This document shows, piece by piece, positions 1 to 8,005 of a stretch of 64,000 nucleotides of DNA. Source of the DNA: a virus; the IMG/VR virus record IMGVR_UViG_3300025030_000060, positions 32,555 through 96,554 of that record, one strand, 5' to 3'. The notes beneath the pieces are model-generated. The model was not told the origin of the DNA. It searched no databases and saw only the letters and a list, made by a program, of their open reading frames with translations. The position numbers were made by a program, and so were the translations under genes. Each line of letters opens with the position of its first letter. Within the stretch, counting starts at the first letter, position 1.

Positions 1-34
1 TTGATACGCTCATGTGGTTCCATGCCGCCCGCCC

Positions 35-298
35 CTATTTGGCTTCCGATCCTGGCCCTTTCACGGATTCATAGACTTTGCCGAGTGAAGCGACACCCGC
101 AGCCCAAACCGCCCCCAGCGGCCCCCGGTTGTCAACCTTGACCTTGATGTCGCCCTGCGTGAAATCAACCACGCCGTCGCTCTGGCAGCGCACCCTGATT
201 ATCCGGCCATCGGGGAGGGTGACAGATGATTCCCTGGAGCCAAGGCCGACGCAGCCGGGGAGCATTAGAACCACAAGAATGAGGCTAAAATGCTTCAT
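35..298 (-). CDS. Small lipoprotein (possible outer spanin / lysis accessory)
   Basis: N-terminal hydrophobic stretch ending in lipobox-like LPG-C; downstream of endolysin. Confidence 0.6.
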   Translation of the reverse strand: MKHFSLILVVLMLPGCVGLGSRESSVTLPDGRIIRVRCQSDGVVDFTQGDIKVKVDNRGPLGAVWAAGVASLGKVYESVKGPGSEAK

Positions 299-599
299 CT
301 ATCAACTCGTTCTGCAACTCTTCGCAGCGATCCGACCAATACCTATGGTTTTTCTTGGCAACATCATACATAAAGTCATCCAAGGTCATGCCATCTTTTA
401 TATTTGATAGAACATTGCGATGAGCACACGCCACTTTTGCACTGTTTTCAAGTATCTTGATCCGCAGTTCCCGCTTAAACTCCGGCTTGCTTTGATGGCT
501 GAGCCCCCACATCCCACCCGTGCAGTCGCAGCAGTCGTGAGCAAGGGCCGGTGTGACGATAAGGGTCGCTATGATGGCTAGTATGGCGGGGTATTTCAT
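285..599 (-). CDS. Secreted Cys-rich hypothetical protein
   Basis: ATG at 599 overlaps the endolysin stop; signal peptide MKYPAILAIIATLIVTPALA then HDCCDC. Confidence 0.65.
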   Translation of the reverse strand: MKYPAILAIIATLIVTPALAHDCCDCTGGMWGLSHQSKPEFKRELRIKILENSAKVACAHRNVLSNIKDGMTLDDFMYDVAKKNHRYWSDRCEELQNELIDEAF

Positions 600-1285
600 C
601 GTTTCGACCTCGCCGCGTCGTGCCCGTGAACGGTCATAATCCCGTTTTCTGCCCACCTGAAGGCCCATGTCCGCATGTATTTTGCTTTTACTGGGTTGGC
701 CCGCACTACCTTCTCGTAAAGCCCATAGCCCACCCCGAAAAAATGGACTATGGAAAGCTTTTGGTTTACCTCGTTGATCCGCTGCACTGTCGCCGGACCA
801 ACCTTGCCATCTACGACGATAGGGGGCTTGGGCCATGCCGCACGGTTTGCCGCCTCCTGTACTACCTTGGCAGCGGCGAAAGGTCCCGCGTTGACGGCCA
901 GTTCAAAGAATAGGTTTGCGGCGAGTTGGTTCTTCCATTCGCTGCACCGGCCAGCATCCCAGTACCACTGGTAGACCGGCACCGTGTCTTCGACGGTGAT
1001 GTCCTTCATCTGCTTCCCGCGCTTGGCGAAGTAGTCAGCATGCTCTTTCCCGGCAAGCCCGTACTTAGTCCCAACGTTGACACCGTTGTACCAGTTGCCC
1101 GAATCGTCAGGGTCACTCTGGAACCCCCCCTCGTGCCCGAATGTGTTGGTGAGCGCGGGGGCGATAGCTGCCGCATGGCTTTGCGTGAATGCCACAGGAA
1201 CCGGCACAGACATAGAGGGCATTCGCGGCGACAATGGAATCGCCAAGCCTAAAAGCACCCACAGTGCGACAAGAAATCTTTTCAT
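596..1285 (-). CDS. Endolysin, glycosyl hydrolase family 108 with peptidoglycan-binding domain and N-terminal signal/SAR-like segment
   Basis: HEGG..DPDD.G...TKYG catalytic motif, VDGKVGP.T PG-binding motif, AGGAG RBS. Confidence 0.85.
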   Translation of the reverse strand: MKRFLVALWVLLGLAIPLSPRMPSMSVPVPVAFTQSHAAAIAPALTNTFGHEGGFQSDPDDSGNWYNGVNVGTKYGLAGKEHADYFAKRGKQMKDITVEDTVPVYQWYWDAGRCSEWKNQLAANLFFELAVNAGPFAAAKVVQEAANRAAWPKPPIVVDGKVGPATVQRINEVNQKLSIVHFFGVGYGLYEKVVRANPVKAKYMRTWAFRWAENGIMTVHGHDAARSKR

Positions 1286-1483
1286 TTTGATTCTCCTGTT
1301 CTGTTGGAGAGAACTGTTGCCCTCTCCAACTCTTGGTCTATGATATGGTATCCCGTGACGGCAACAGTCGCCGCCAAGGCCCTTGTTTTGGCCTGCACGT
1401 CAGGACTCAGACTTTCATTCTTCAAGCCCTGCTACCTGCACAAAAGCATGTTTGCAAACCGTGCAGCTCATGGTCTCTCCCCG

Positions 1484-1852
1484 CTACGGCTTCCCCGTCA
1501 GGACGTGCCAGAGATACACCCAGTTGATCTTCTCGAATATCCACTTGCCGAACCATCCCAGTATTGCCAGAGTCATCAAGCCGAGAGCGTTCAGCGCCCA
1601 TCTGCGTTCTTTCACCATGTCCTTCATGTCCCGGAAGGTCCCAGGCGGGATGTCCCGGATCGCCGACATCTGGCGTTCTGTCAGGCCAATGGAGCAGCCT
1701 TGGTTTGTCACCGCAACCTTTATCATGTTGGAGATGATTACCACATCGCTTCTGGTAAGCGCGTGTTTCCGCTTGGTCTGGCCGTCAGTCTCGGGCGGCA
1801 GGGAATCAAGGATAATTTGCAGGCTGGCGTCGAGTTCAGGTGTAGTTGTCAT
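1484..1852 (-). CDS. Putative holin (single C-terminal TM helix)
   Basis: Hydrophobic ALNALGLMTLAILGWFG segment; lies between pro and the endolysin. Confidence 0.45.
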   Translation of the reverse strand: MTTTPELDASLQIILDSLPPETDGQTKRKHALTRSDVVIISNMIKVAVTNQGCSIGLTERQMSAIRDIPPGTFRDMKDMVKERRWALNALGLMTLAILGWFGKWIFEKINWVYLWHVLTGKP

Positions 1853-1876
1853 GGCATCTCCGGTGGACGTAGTTTT

Positions 1877-2893
1877 TTAGATGTAAGACTGACCCTCAAA
1901 TTCAGGGGCAGCGGCGGCGTCGCCGTATCCCGGTTCCGCCCTGAAAGAGGGCTTGTTGGCTATCACGGTTTTTTGGTGAATTCCCAAGGGGAGCATGCTT
2001 ATGTTCACACCCTTTGCTTTCTCGAAAAAGGCCACCACATTTTGGAACTGCTCGCCGGTACTCATGTTGAGCATGTCGTGGATGACAGCATCCGGGATAG
2101 CAATAATGGACTTCCCCGCTGCTTCGAGAATCGCCGTTCTTGCCATCGCCCTTTCTGCCTCTTCGCGCTCGATTCGCGCCGTGGCCGATTCGAGCAAGGC
2201 AGTTTTGCCCTCCAGTTCCTCACGGAGGGAATCGCCGAAGATGGCCGCTTCGATGATCTGCTCCTGAAGCTCGGCATTTTCGAGGATGGCCGAAGCGGTC
2301 CAGTGCTTCATCCACTTTTCTACGTCTTTGTCGTCCATGCCAGTTGCCCTGGCGACGCTTTCGAGGATCATGTCGCTGTTGCCTGCCGACTCAAGGATGT
2401 AGCCCCGGTTCGAGGCGAAGCCGGGGTTCATCACGTAGTCCATCCCGTGGAAGTCGGCGATTTTGGTCGCACCCATCGGGCCGCCGTTCACCCCGCCGCA
2501 GGCCCACGAGAAGCCACCGACGCCGGAAGCGTTGAGGGCGGAAACGATCTTTCCCGGCGCGGTCTCCAGGATCTGCTGGGAATGGTTCACCTCGCCGTCC
2601 TTGCCGACCTCGAACGCCACCGTGATGTTGCTGGGGATGTTCTCAACGATCATGCTGGAACCGTCCGGGAGTTTTATGGTGCCGACTTCCGGGATAGCGA
2701 GCTTGCCGTGCAGTTCGCGCCGTCCGTGGCCGAAATAGCCCAAGGCTTCGCGGAGCTTCATGCGCTCGCGGGTCGCGGGGCTGTAGCAGGTTGCGATGGC
2801 CGACTCCAGAATGTAGTTCCGGTGATGGCCGGAGTATTTGCGCCCCTCGTTGAACAGGTTAAAACTGCATTGAACTATTTCGGGTGTTGCCAT
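1877..2893 (-). CDS. pro: Prohead protease with C-terminal scaffold-like coiled coil (P1 Pro-like)
   Basis: GYFGH.RR, GGFSWA, FHGMDYV..PGF motifs; directly downstream of the portal as in P1. Confidence 0.85.
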   Translation of the reverse strand: MATPEIVQCSFNLFNEGRKYSGHHRNYILESAIATCYSPATRERMKLREALGYFGHGRRELHGKLAIPEVGTIKLPDGSSMIVENIPSNITVAFEVGKDGEVNHSQQILETAPGKIVSALNASGVGGFSWACGGVNGGPMGATKIADFHGMDYVMNPGFASNRGYILESAGNSDMILESVARATGMDDKDVEKWMKHWTASAILENAELQEQIIEAAIFGDSLREELEGKTALLESATARIEREEAERAMARTAILEAAGKSIIAIPDAVIHDMLNMSTGEQFQNVVAFFEKAKGVNISMLPLGIHQKTVIANKPSFRAEPGYGDAAAAPEFEGQSYI

Positions 2894-2907
2894 GGCTGGC
2901 TCTCCTT

Positions 2908-4569
2908 TTAACTGTAAAAGCTGTCGATGTAGCCCTGAATTGATCGCGCCGACTCCATCAAGGCTTCACCGCCACCACTTTTCTCCTTCTCCTTGGCGGC
3001 GGCTTCCTCGGTAGCCTTCTTGGCGGCGGCTTCGGCAAGCTTCTTTGGGAACATGATCTTGAACTTCGCTTCATCCACTTTCATGATGTCGGTGAACAGG
3101 AAGTTCTCGAAGGCGTTTTTGTCGACTCCCAGCCATTCCTGATCCATCAGGCCCACGAGCTGCGCCATGCCGGTTGCGAGTTGGACGCGTCCCTCGCGGT
3201 TCTCCATCTCTTCGCGCTCCATGGCGGTCGAGACGCTGTTGAACACGATGCGGTAGGGCTTCTCGCCGGGGAGGAATGCCTTCTTGAATTTGTAGGCGAT
3301 ATGGATGTCGCAAAGCTGTTCGACGCCCGTCTGTATGGCATGCCGCAGCATCTGCGCCTTCATGGCAGCCATGACAGAAACACGGAAGAACCCGCCATCG
3401 CCAAGCCCCCCGGAAAGGTTCTCGCCAAAACCCAGCAGGGAAGGGTCGACGCCCAAGGCCCCGCATAGACGGTTGATGTGAAAGGTGATGTCGTTGATCG
3501 CTTCGATGTTCGGCGTGCCCTCGATAGTCGAGATGTCCAGCCGCGCCCGTCCGTCGCCGAAAATGGGGATCAGGTGGTTGATGACGGTCTGGATGAACCC
3601 CTTCTTGAGGCTTCTTTTTGCGTTGGCGGTATCCACCCGCTGCATCTGGCCTGCGACGATGTTCAGATACTGTGCCGCCTTCTGGGGGGAGAGCTTGCCG
3701 GTGTTGATGCCGATCATGCGCTCCATCCGGGATGCGTTTTTCCTGGACATGTTCAGGGAGAGGATCGCGTTGTTCAGGTCCATCCATGGCCCGTAGGATG
3801 TCTCCAACAGGCTCGTCCCGTAATTCTGGGATTCCGTGATGGAGTCGTCCTCGTAGTTGTCCACGGATAGGTCGAAGATCGAAGCGTCAACGCGGATAGG
3901 CTCCAGCAGGGACGGTTTCCACATGGGAATGCGGAACGGCACCATCTTCCACGGCTCCATAAGCTGAATGCCGCCCGTTTCCGGCTGTTGGTGCGCCGAG
4001 ACGTAGCCCGCCACGCCCCCGGCCTGCTCGTACATATTGACGAATTGGGGGTGAGTGTAGTAGTCGGAACGGACCTGCTTGATTCCTACGCCGTCCTCAC
4101 CGTAGACGCGGGCGAACCAGATGCCGTTGATCCCGGCGTTGTAGGCCCAGAACTGGCACTGGTCGTTGACTATTTTCTGAATGTTGTTGCGAAGGTCCAG
4201 GGTTATCGGGTCGGTTTCATCCCCGATACTCTCGATGGAGATGATCTCTCCGGTATCGGCCTTGGGGGAAAGCGCATGCGAGATATGCATCTTAATGGCT
4301 GAATCAATCGTCGGGTCCGTCGCCATGGTTCGGTAGACGTTGTAGCGGGCGAGGCGGGCCAAGGGAAGGTCTGTGATCTCCAGTTCGCCATCTTCGCCGG
4401 ACTCGGAGACCCCGCCAAGTTGAGACCCATCTTCGGCGAAATTCTCATAGATTGCGGAACCGGGAGGAAGTGCCAGCCCCCCCAAGTTCCTCGAATCAAC
4501 CTGTTGGGAACTGGGGAAGAGCTGCTTCCAAAATGGCTTCTTCGAGTTTTTATCTTCGGATGCGGCCAT
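2908..4569 (-). CDS. prt: Portal protein (P1 Prt-like)
   Basis: D..FH...LC.ALG.DPSLLGF...LSGGLGDGGFFR.S motif; start placed at MAASEDK (GGAG RBS, downstream of the predicted -10). Confidence 0.85.
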   Translation of the reverse strand: MAASEDKNSKKPFWKQLFPSSQQVDSRNLGGLALPPGSAIYENFAEDGSQLGGVSESGEDGELEITDLPLARLARYNVYRTMATDPTIDSAIKMHISHALSPKADTGEIISIESIGDETDPITLDLRNNIQKIVNDQCQFWAYNAGINGIWFARVYGEDGVGIKQVRSDYYTHPQFVNMYEQAGGVAGYVSAHQQPETGGIQLMEPWKMVPFRIPMWKPSLLEPIRVDASIFDLSVDNYEDDSITESQNYGTSLLETSYGPWMDLNNAILSLNMSRKNASRMERMIGINTGKLSPQKAAQYLNIVAGQMQRVDTANAKRSLKKGFIQTVINHLIPIFGDGRARLDISTIEGTPNIEAINDITFHINRLCGALGVDPSLLGFGENLSGGLGDGGFFRVSVMAAMKAQMLRHAIQTGVEQLCDIHIAYKFKKAFLPGEKPYRIVFNSVSTAMEREEMENREGRVQLATGMAQLVGLMDQEWLGVDKNAFENFLFTDIMKVDEAKFKIMFPKKLAEAAAKKATEEAAAKEKEKSGGGEALMESARSIQGYIDSFYS

Positions 4570-4602
4570 ATACACGGGCTCCATGGTATAGTTTCGCGCC
4601 AC

Positions 4603-4652
4603 AGCCTACTTGTACTAGCAGAGTTTAGAAAGGGTACTTTTAGGTATTATTG
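4603..4652 (-). promoter_or_regulatory. Putative late promoter of the portal operon
   Basis: CAATAATACC-N6-TACCCTTTCTAA-N16-TAGGCT; same element precedes the capsid gene. Confidence 0.65.
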
Positions 4653-4678
4653 GGTAATGCTGAGGAGTTGCGATGTGT

Positions 4679-4716
4679 AAAAATAAAAGCGCCCCTTCTT
4701 GAGAAAGGACGCTTTT
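4679..4716 (-). terminator. Rho-independent terminator
   Basis: AAAAGCG...CGCTTTT inverted repeat followed by a U-rich tract on the minus strand. Confidence 0.75.
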
Positions 4717-4840
4717 GTTGTGATCTCGCCGCGCACCCCTTCGTTTGCAGGCTATTGCGCTAATCACTCTCGCCATTCGGCATTATCCAGTACGGCCCTG
4801 ACGGCACTATTGCCGCTGCGGCTCCGGGGTATTTGGAGGG
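4680..4840 (-). ncRNA. Candidate structured small RNA (about 150 nt)
   Basis: No credible ORF; TTGACA-N18-TATATA upstream, terminator downstream; several GC-rich stems. Confidence 0.4.
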
Positions 4841-4870
4841 TATATACACCTAAAGTGACATAACTGTCAA
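4841..4870 (-). promoter_or_regulatory. Sigma70-type promoter with TGACA-N4-TGTCA palindrome over the -35
   Basis: Minus strand TTGACAGTTATGTCACTTTAGGTGTATATA. Confidence 0.55.
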
Positions 4871-4992
4871 GTGCGGCAGCATTTGCGTTTTCATTATCCC
4901 AACCAAACAGCTACAATCACTGAGCAATCCCGTTGATCGCCCTCGCGTGTTATGCCGCCGGTTGGCGAGATAATAACTAGTTAAACCGACCT

Positions 4993-5178
4993 TTATTCGT
5001 CTACCTTCGTCGGCTTCAGGGTTTCAGCTATATCCCGGAACCGCTGTAGTTCGCGCTGTACCGCCACCTTCGCCCTGTGCCCTAATTGGTTGCGTGGGTC
5101 GCTCAAGAGGTACGCAAGCTCGTTTGCCTCGTCCTTGAGCAAGACTACTGCCTGATCAATTGCTTCCTTTCTGGTCAT
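4993..5178 (-). CDS. Hypothetical protein (cassette 1)
   Basis: ORF with GAGG RBS, ATGA coupling to the upstream gene. Confidence 0.65.
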   Translation of the reverse strand: MTRKEAIDQAVVLLKDEANELAYLLSDPRNQLGHRAKVAVQRELQRFRDIAETLKPTKVDE

Positions 5179-5426
5179 GGCCGCACCGCCTCTGCCGCCT
5201 TATAGCCGTCGTTTCGACCCTGCCAGTAGTCGCTGTTTTCGTATTCTGCGACGAGCAACCGCAGTTCCTCATTTTCAGCCGTCAGCCGCTCCACCTCGTG
5301 GCTAAGATATGCAGTCCCGCCAGAGGGAGCATCCAGGTACGACCGCAGCCGCTCCACCTCGGTAATGATCGCCATGACTGTTGGAAAATCTCTGAATATA
5401 ATCTTCTGTCTTTGCAAGTCCATCAT
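5175..5426 (-). CDS. Hypothetical coiled-coil protein (cassette 1)
   Basis: GGGAGG RBS directly after the attC core. Confidence 0.7.
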   Translation of the reverse strand: MMDLQRQKIIFRDFPTVMAIITEVERLRSYLDAPSGGTAYLSHEVERLTAENEELRLLVAEYENSDYWQGRNDGYKAAEAVRP

Positions 5427-5436
5427 CCCTCCCAGG

Positions 5437-5487
5437 GTTTAACCCCTCGCTCGTCCGCTGGCGCGGCCAGCTCGCAAACCGTTATCC
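5437..5487 (+). repeat. attC site 1
   Basis: GTTTAAC ccctc GCTCGTCC ... GGCCAGC tcgcaaacc GTTATCC. Confidence 0.75.
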
Positions 5488-6003
5488 CTCGAACTCCGGG
5501 TTAAAATTCGGACAGGAAAAATCGCCGTGGGTCTGAACCGATCCTTTGCCACTACCAAACGTGATGTTTAGCCGGAACATTGGCACGGTGTCTTTCCCAA
5601 ACTCACCGAAAAGGTCGATCATGCAAGTCCGATACTCGCCTGTCAGCTCTTTAACGTAGTGCATCCCCTGTGAACCCCAGGCTTTGCACTGCCGGCACTT
5701 GCCGGTTGCCTCTTCGAGGCCCTCACCGTTGAGGCAACGGGGGATCTCCGCGCCGATGGTATCCGGTACCCGCCCGCCGCCCTGATCCTCCTGGAAGCAC
5801 ATCACCCTCTCAACCAGCAGTTCGATACTCTTGATATGCTCCGGGTTAGCACCCAACTCAATGCATTTGTACTTATACGTTTGAAGGGCGGCAGGGACAG
5901 CAGCGTCCTTTGCGCAGAGCAGGAGCGAGTCGACCTCTGTGTACTTCTTGCCGTTCACCGGGTTAAAGGCATGAATCTGGAATTTGCGGTCAATTACGCT
6001 CAT
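5482..6003 (-). CDS. Hypothetical phage protein with C-terminal Cys motif (cassette 2)
   Basis: LL.AKD.A.P.AL..Y phage motif; CRQC...C...FSC; stop TAA lies in the attC core. Confidence 0.75.
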   Translation of the reverse strand: MSVIDRKFQIHAFNPVNGKKYTEVDSLLLCAKDAAVPAALQTYKYKCIELGANPEHIKSIELLVERVMCFQEDQGGGRVPDTIGAEIPRCLNGEGLEEATGKCRQCKAWGSQGMHYVKELTGEYRTCMIDLFGEFGKDTVPMFRLNITFGSGKGSVQTHGDFSCPNFNPEFEG

Positions 6004-6029
6004 GAATTTTCTCCGTTTTATAGTGCCAG

Positions 6030-6078
6030 GGATAACCCGGCGCTGGTCCGCTGCGCGGGCAGCTTGGTTGCGTTAAAC
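6030..6078 (+). repeat. attC site 2
   Basis: GGATAAC ccggc GCTGGTCC ... GGGCAGC ttggttgc GTTAAAC. Confidence 0.75.
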
Positions 6079-6345
6079 CAGAATGATTTCTCTTGCGTTA
6101 ATGGAACAGTTATCGGATATCGGAGAAGTCCCATACCAGCGCAGGTACCACTTACCGTTGACGCCCTTGGCTTTCCACATCTTCCCCTCGTAAACTCCCG
6201 ATGGTATAGACGACGAATACTCGGCCAGAAAATTAAATGTCTTTTCGGACATCAGCGCGTGAGTGCCGTCAATCTCGATTGCAGACCGATGCGGTTGATT
6301 CCAGTACGCGCCCAGAGGGTCTGTCATTGCAGGTATCTCGCTCAT
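6073..6345 (-). CDS. Conserved hypothetical phage protein (cassette 3)
   Basis: DPLG.YW.QP...L.EYS.S.PSGVY.GKMWK motif typical of small phage proteins. Confidence 0.75.
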   Translation of the reverse strand: MSEIPAMTDPLGAYWNQPHRSAIEIDGTHALMSEKTFNFLAEYSSSIPSGVYEGKMWKAKGVNGKWYLRWYGTSPISDNCSINAREIILV

Positions 6346-6623
6346 AGCCGCACCGCCTCTGCTTTAGCCATGTCCAGAAGTTCAATGAGCTTTTCGTCAG
6401 AGACATCGGCCTTTGCTGCCAAAACTGCAACTACGGCGTGCAGCGCATCCCTCTGGACAGTGACCCGCTCCACCTCACCAGAGAGTGAGTTGACCATAGA
6501 CCGTAACTCCCCGATCTCGCCTTTGAGATCATCACACGCGCCGTGAGGGCATACCTTCGGAAGCGCTGCCTCAGCCGTTGACCTACCTCTACCTTGATAC
6601 ATGTACCCTTTAGCGTCACCCAT
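6342..6623 (-). CDS. Hypothetical coiled-coil protein (cassette 3)
   Basis: GGAGG RBS after the attC core. Confidence 0.7.
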   Translation of the reverse strand: MGDAKGYMYQGRGRSTAEAALPKVCPHGACDDLKGEIGELRSMVNSLSGEVERVTVQRDALHAVVAVLAAKADVSDEKLIELLDMAKAEAVRL

Positions 6624-6640
6624 CTCTTCATCCCTCCAAA

Positions 6641-6728
6641 GTTTAACCAGCAGGTCGAGGCGACCGAGCCGGTGGTAGTGAGCAGGAGTTGGCGAGAGTT
6701 CCCGCGCCTCACCTGCGGTCCGTTAAAC
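6641..6728 (+). repeat. attC site 3
   Basis: GTTTAAC cagca GGTCGAGG ... CCTCACC tgcggtcc GTTAAAC; extrahelical C at L'' position 4 as in canonical attC. Confidence 0.85.
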
Positions 6729-6884
6729 CGGCTCCTGGAACCTTGCTTTTTTTGCAGTCTCTTTGACTACTTCAACGTCCCAAGAGGCACCATCTTCCCC
6801 AATTTTACGGATTGCATCCTCTTTCGATTCAGCCTCTATGCAGGCGGTCTCTTTTATCGTCCTGGTGACTTGATACCAGTTCAT
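6723..6884 (-). CDS. Small hypothetical protein (cassette 4)
   Basis: Start MNWYQV at the junction repeat; IEAES.EDA phage motif. Confidence 0.65.
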   Translation of the reverse strand: MNWYQVTRTIKETACIEAESKEDAIRKIGEDGASWDVEVVKETAKKARFQEPV

Positions 6885-7237
6885 AGCCGCACCGCCTCTG
6901 CCTTGCGAGCGTTTTGCATGGTGCTCGCGAAGCAACTGGCTGTCGCAGCCGTGTTTTCGTAGTGGGTTTGCATGGAGCGCAATGCCCTAGCCAGGGTGCC
7001 GTCTTCCGATGTCGAGTGCCACGGCGTTTTCTTGCCGTAGCCGGAGATTTTCACTTCGTACTTGGCTTTGCCGTCCTTCTCCCTCCTCTCCACCTGGAGG
7101 GTCGAAAGCCTGTTGAATCCACTGCTCTGTATCCCGGTGGCGCGTAGGTACCCTTCGGGGTTGGACGACTTGTGCACCGTCCAATCGTAGCCGGGCATGA
7201 TCTTGACCAGTTCTTTTCTGAAATCTGCTGGACTCAT
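6881..7237 (-). CDS. Hypothetical phage protein (cassette 4)
   Basis: GGAGG RBS after the attC core. Confidence 0.75.
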   Translation of the reverse strand: MSPADFRKELVKIMPGYDWTVHKSSNPEGYLRATGIQSSGFNRLSTLQVERREKDGKAKYEVKISGYGKKTPWHSTSEDGTLARALRSMQTHYENTAATASCFASTMQNARKAEAVRL

Positions 7238-7252
7238 TGTTTACCTCCCAGG

Positions 7253-7300
7253 GTTTAACCAATCGCCGCAGCCATCCGGCTGGGCTCAAAAGCGTTAGGC
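7253..7300 (+). repeat. attC site 4
   Basis: GTTTAAC caatc GCCGCAGC ... GCTGGGC tcaaaagc GTTAGGC. Confidence 0.85.
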
Positions 7301-7477
7301 CTTTATGTCCTTCACTGTCCCGATAATCTTAATTTTTGAGTGCTCGCCCCAGCGTGACGTAGCAGTTCCGGTTTCCAACATTTGAGTTCTGATACGAAAC
7401 GCCTCCCATCGTCTACCAAGACTGAATACGATAAGCAGCACGCCAATTACCGCTAAAACAAGTATTGTTGTAATCAA
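7295..7477 (-). CDS. Small membrane protein (cassette 5)
   Basis: N-terminal TM helix; GGAGG RBS. Confidence 0.65.
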   Translation of the reverse strand: MITTILVLAVIGVLLIVFSLGRRWEAFRIRTQMLETGTATSRWGEHSKIKIIGTVKDIKA

Positions 7478-7505
7478 CTTTCCCTCCTCCTAGCCCACTG
7501 AAGGG

Positions 7506-7572
7506 CAATAACCAGTGCTCGGACGCCGACCGGCAAACAACGTCGGACGGGTCAAGCACATGGCCGTTAACC
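7506..7572 (+). repeat. attC site 5 (more degenerate)
   Basis: CAATAAC cagtg CTCGGACG ccgac...gtcgg ... GGTCAAG cacatggcc GTTAACC. Confidence 0.6.
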
Positions 7573-7812
7573 CGATTTTGCCGCCCTCTTCAGCGTCTTC
7601 GCCACCTTCGAGGTGATCGCTTCGCGCATGAATTCGGTTTCACCCTCTCCGGTGATCTCTCGCGCCTTGCTAATTCCCTCATACTCGCCGCAGGTAAAGC
7701 GTATCCCTTTGCTGACCTTCAGCGGGTTCTCTTTCCTGTAGTCCTTCTTTCGGCCCGCTCCCGGTTTTGCACCTCCAAGAGGTTTCCCGTTGGCATTAAA
7801 TCCTTTTGGCAT
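7567..7812 (-). CDS. Small DNA-binding protein (GGA.PGAGRK segment plus ribbon-helix-helix-like domain)
   Basis: GGAKPGAGRKK followed by beta-strand and two helices; AGGAG RBS. Confidence 0.6.
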   Translation of the reverse strand: MPKGFNANGKPLGGAKPGAGRKKDYRKENPLKVSKGIRFTCGEYEGISKAREITGEGETEFMREAITSKVAKTLKRAAKSG

Positions 7813-7864
7813 CGCTGTCTCTCCTATGTATTGGGCTCATGGCCTTCGAAGATATCTGTCAACA

Positions 7865-8005
7865 TTAAGCATTCCCAGCTCCGCATGTCGCGCAAGAAAA
7901 ACCCGCGCTGCCGTGAGCCTGCGCCCACTCGCCGACATGAATAACCCTTTTGCACTGATTGCACGTCTTAGGGTCGGTGATCTTAACCACCACGACACGG
8001 CTCAT
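7865..8005 (-). CDS. 46-aa zinc-ribbon protein (not in ORF track)
   Basis: MSRVVVVKITDPKTCNQC...CATC; ATGA overlap with the upstream stop, AAGGAG RBS. Confidence 0.5.
   Translation of the reverse strand: MSRVVVVKITDPKTCNQCKRVIHVGEWAQAHGSAGFSCATCGAGNA

Larger units (their letters stand above)
4981..7572. mobile_element. Integron-type gene-cassette array without integrase (CALIN-like), five attC sites
   Basis: R''-5nt-L''(8)-hairpin-L'(7)-R' sites at 5437, 6030, 6641, 7253 and 7506; in 4 of 5 cassettes the leading GTT core is the exact reverse complement of the trailing R''. Confidence 0.8.

Noticed and set aside
1304-2911. Long plus-strand ORF (also 26505-28358, 42988-44772, 45551-47218)
   Set aside because: Antisense shadows of GC3-biased minus-strand genes with recognisable phage products; no RBS or motifs.
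4981-7572. Intergenic hairpins as CRISPR repeats or simple terminators
   Set aside because: Not identical repeats with spacer-sized gaps and no U-tracts; the box architecture and core complementarity fit attC.
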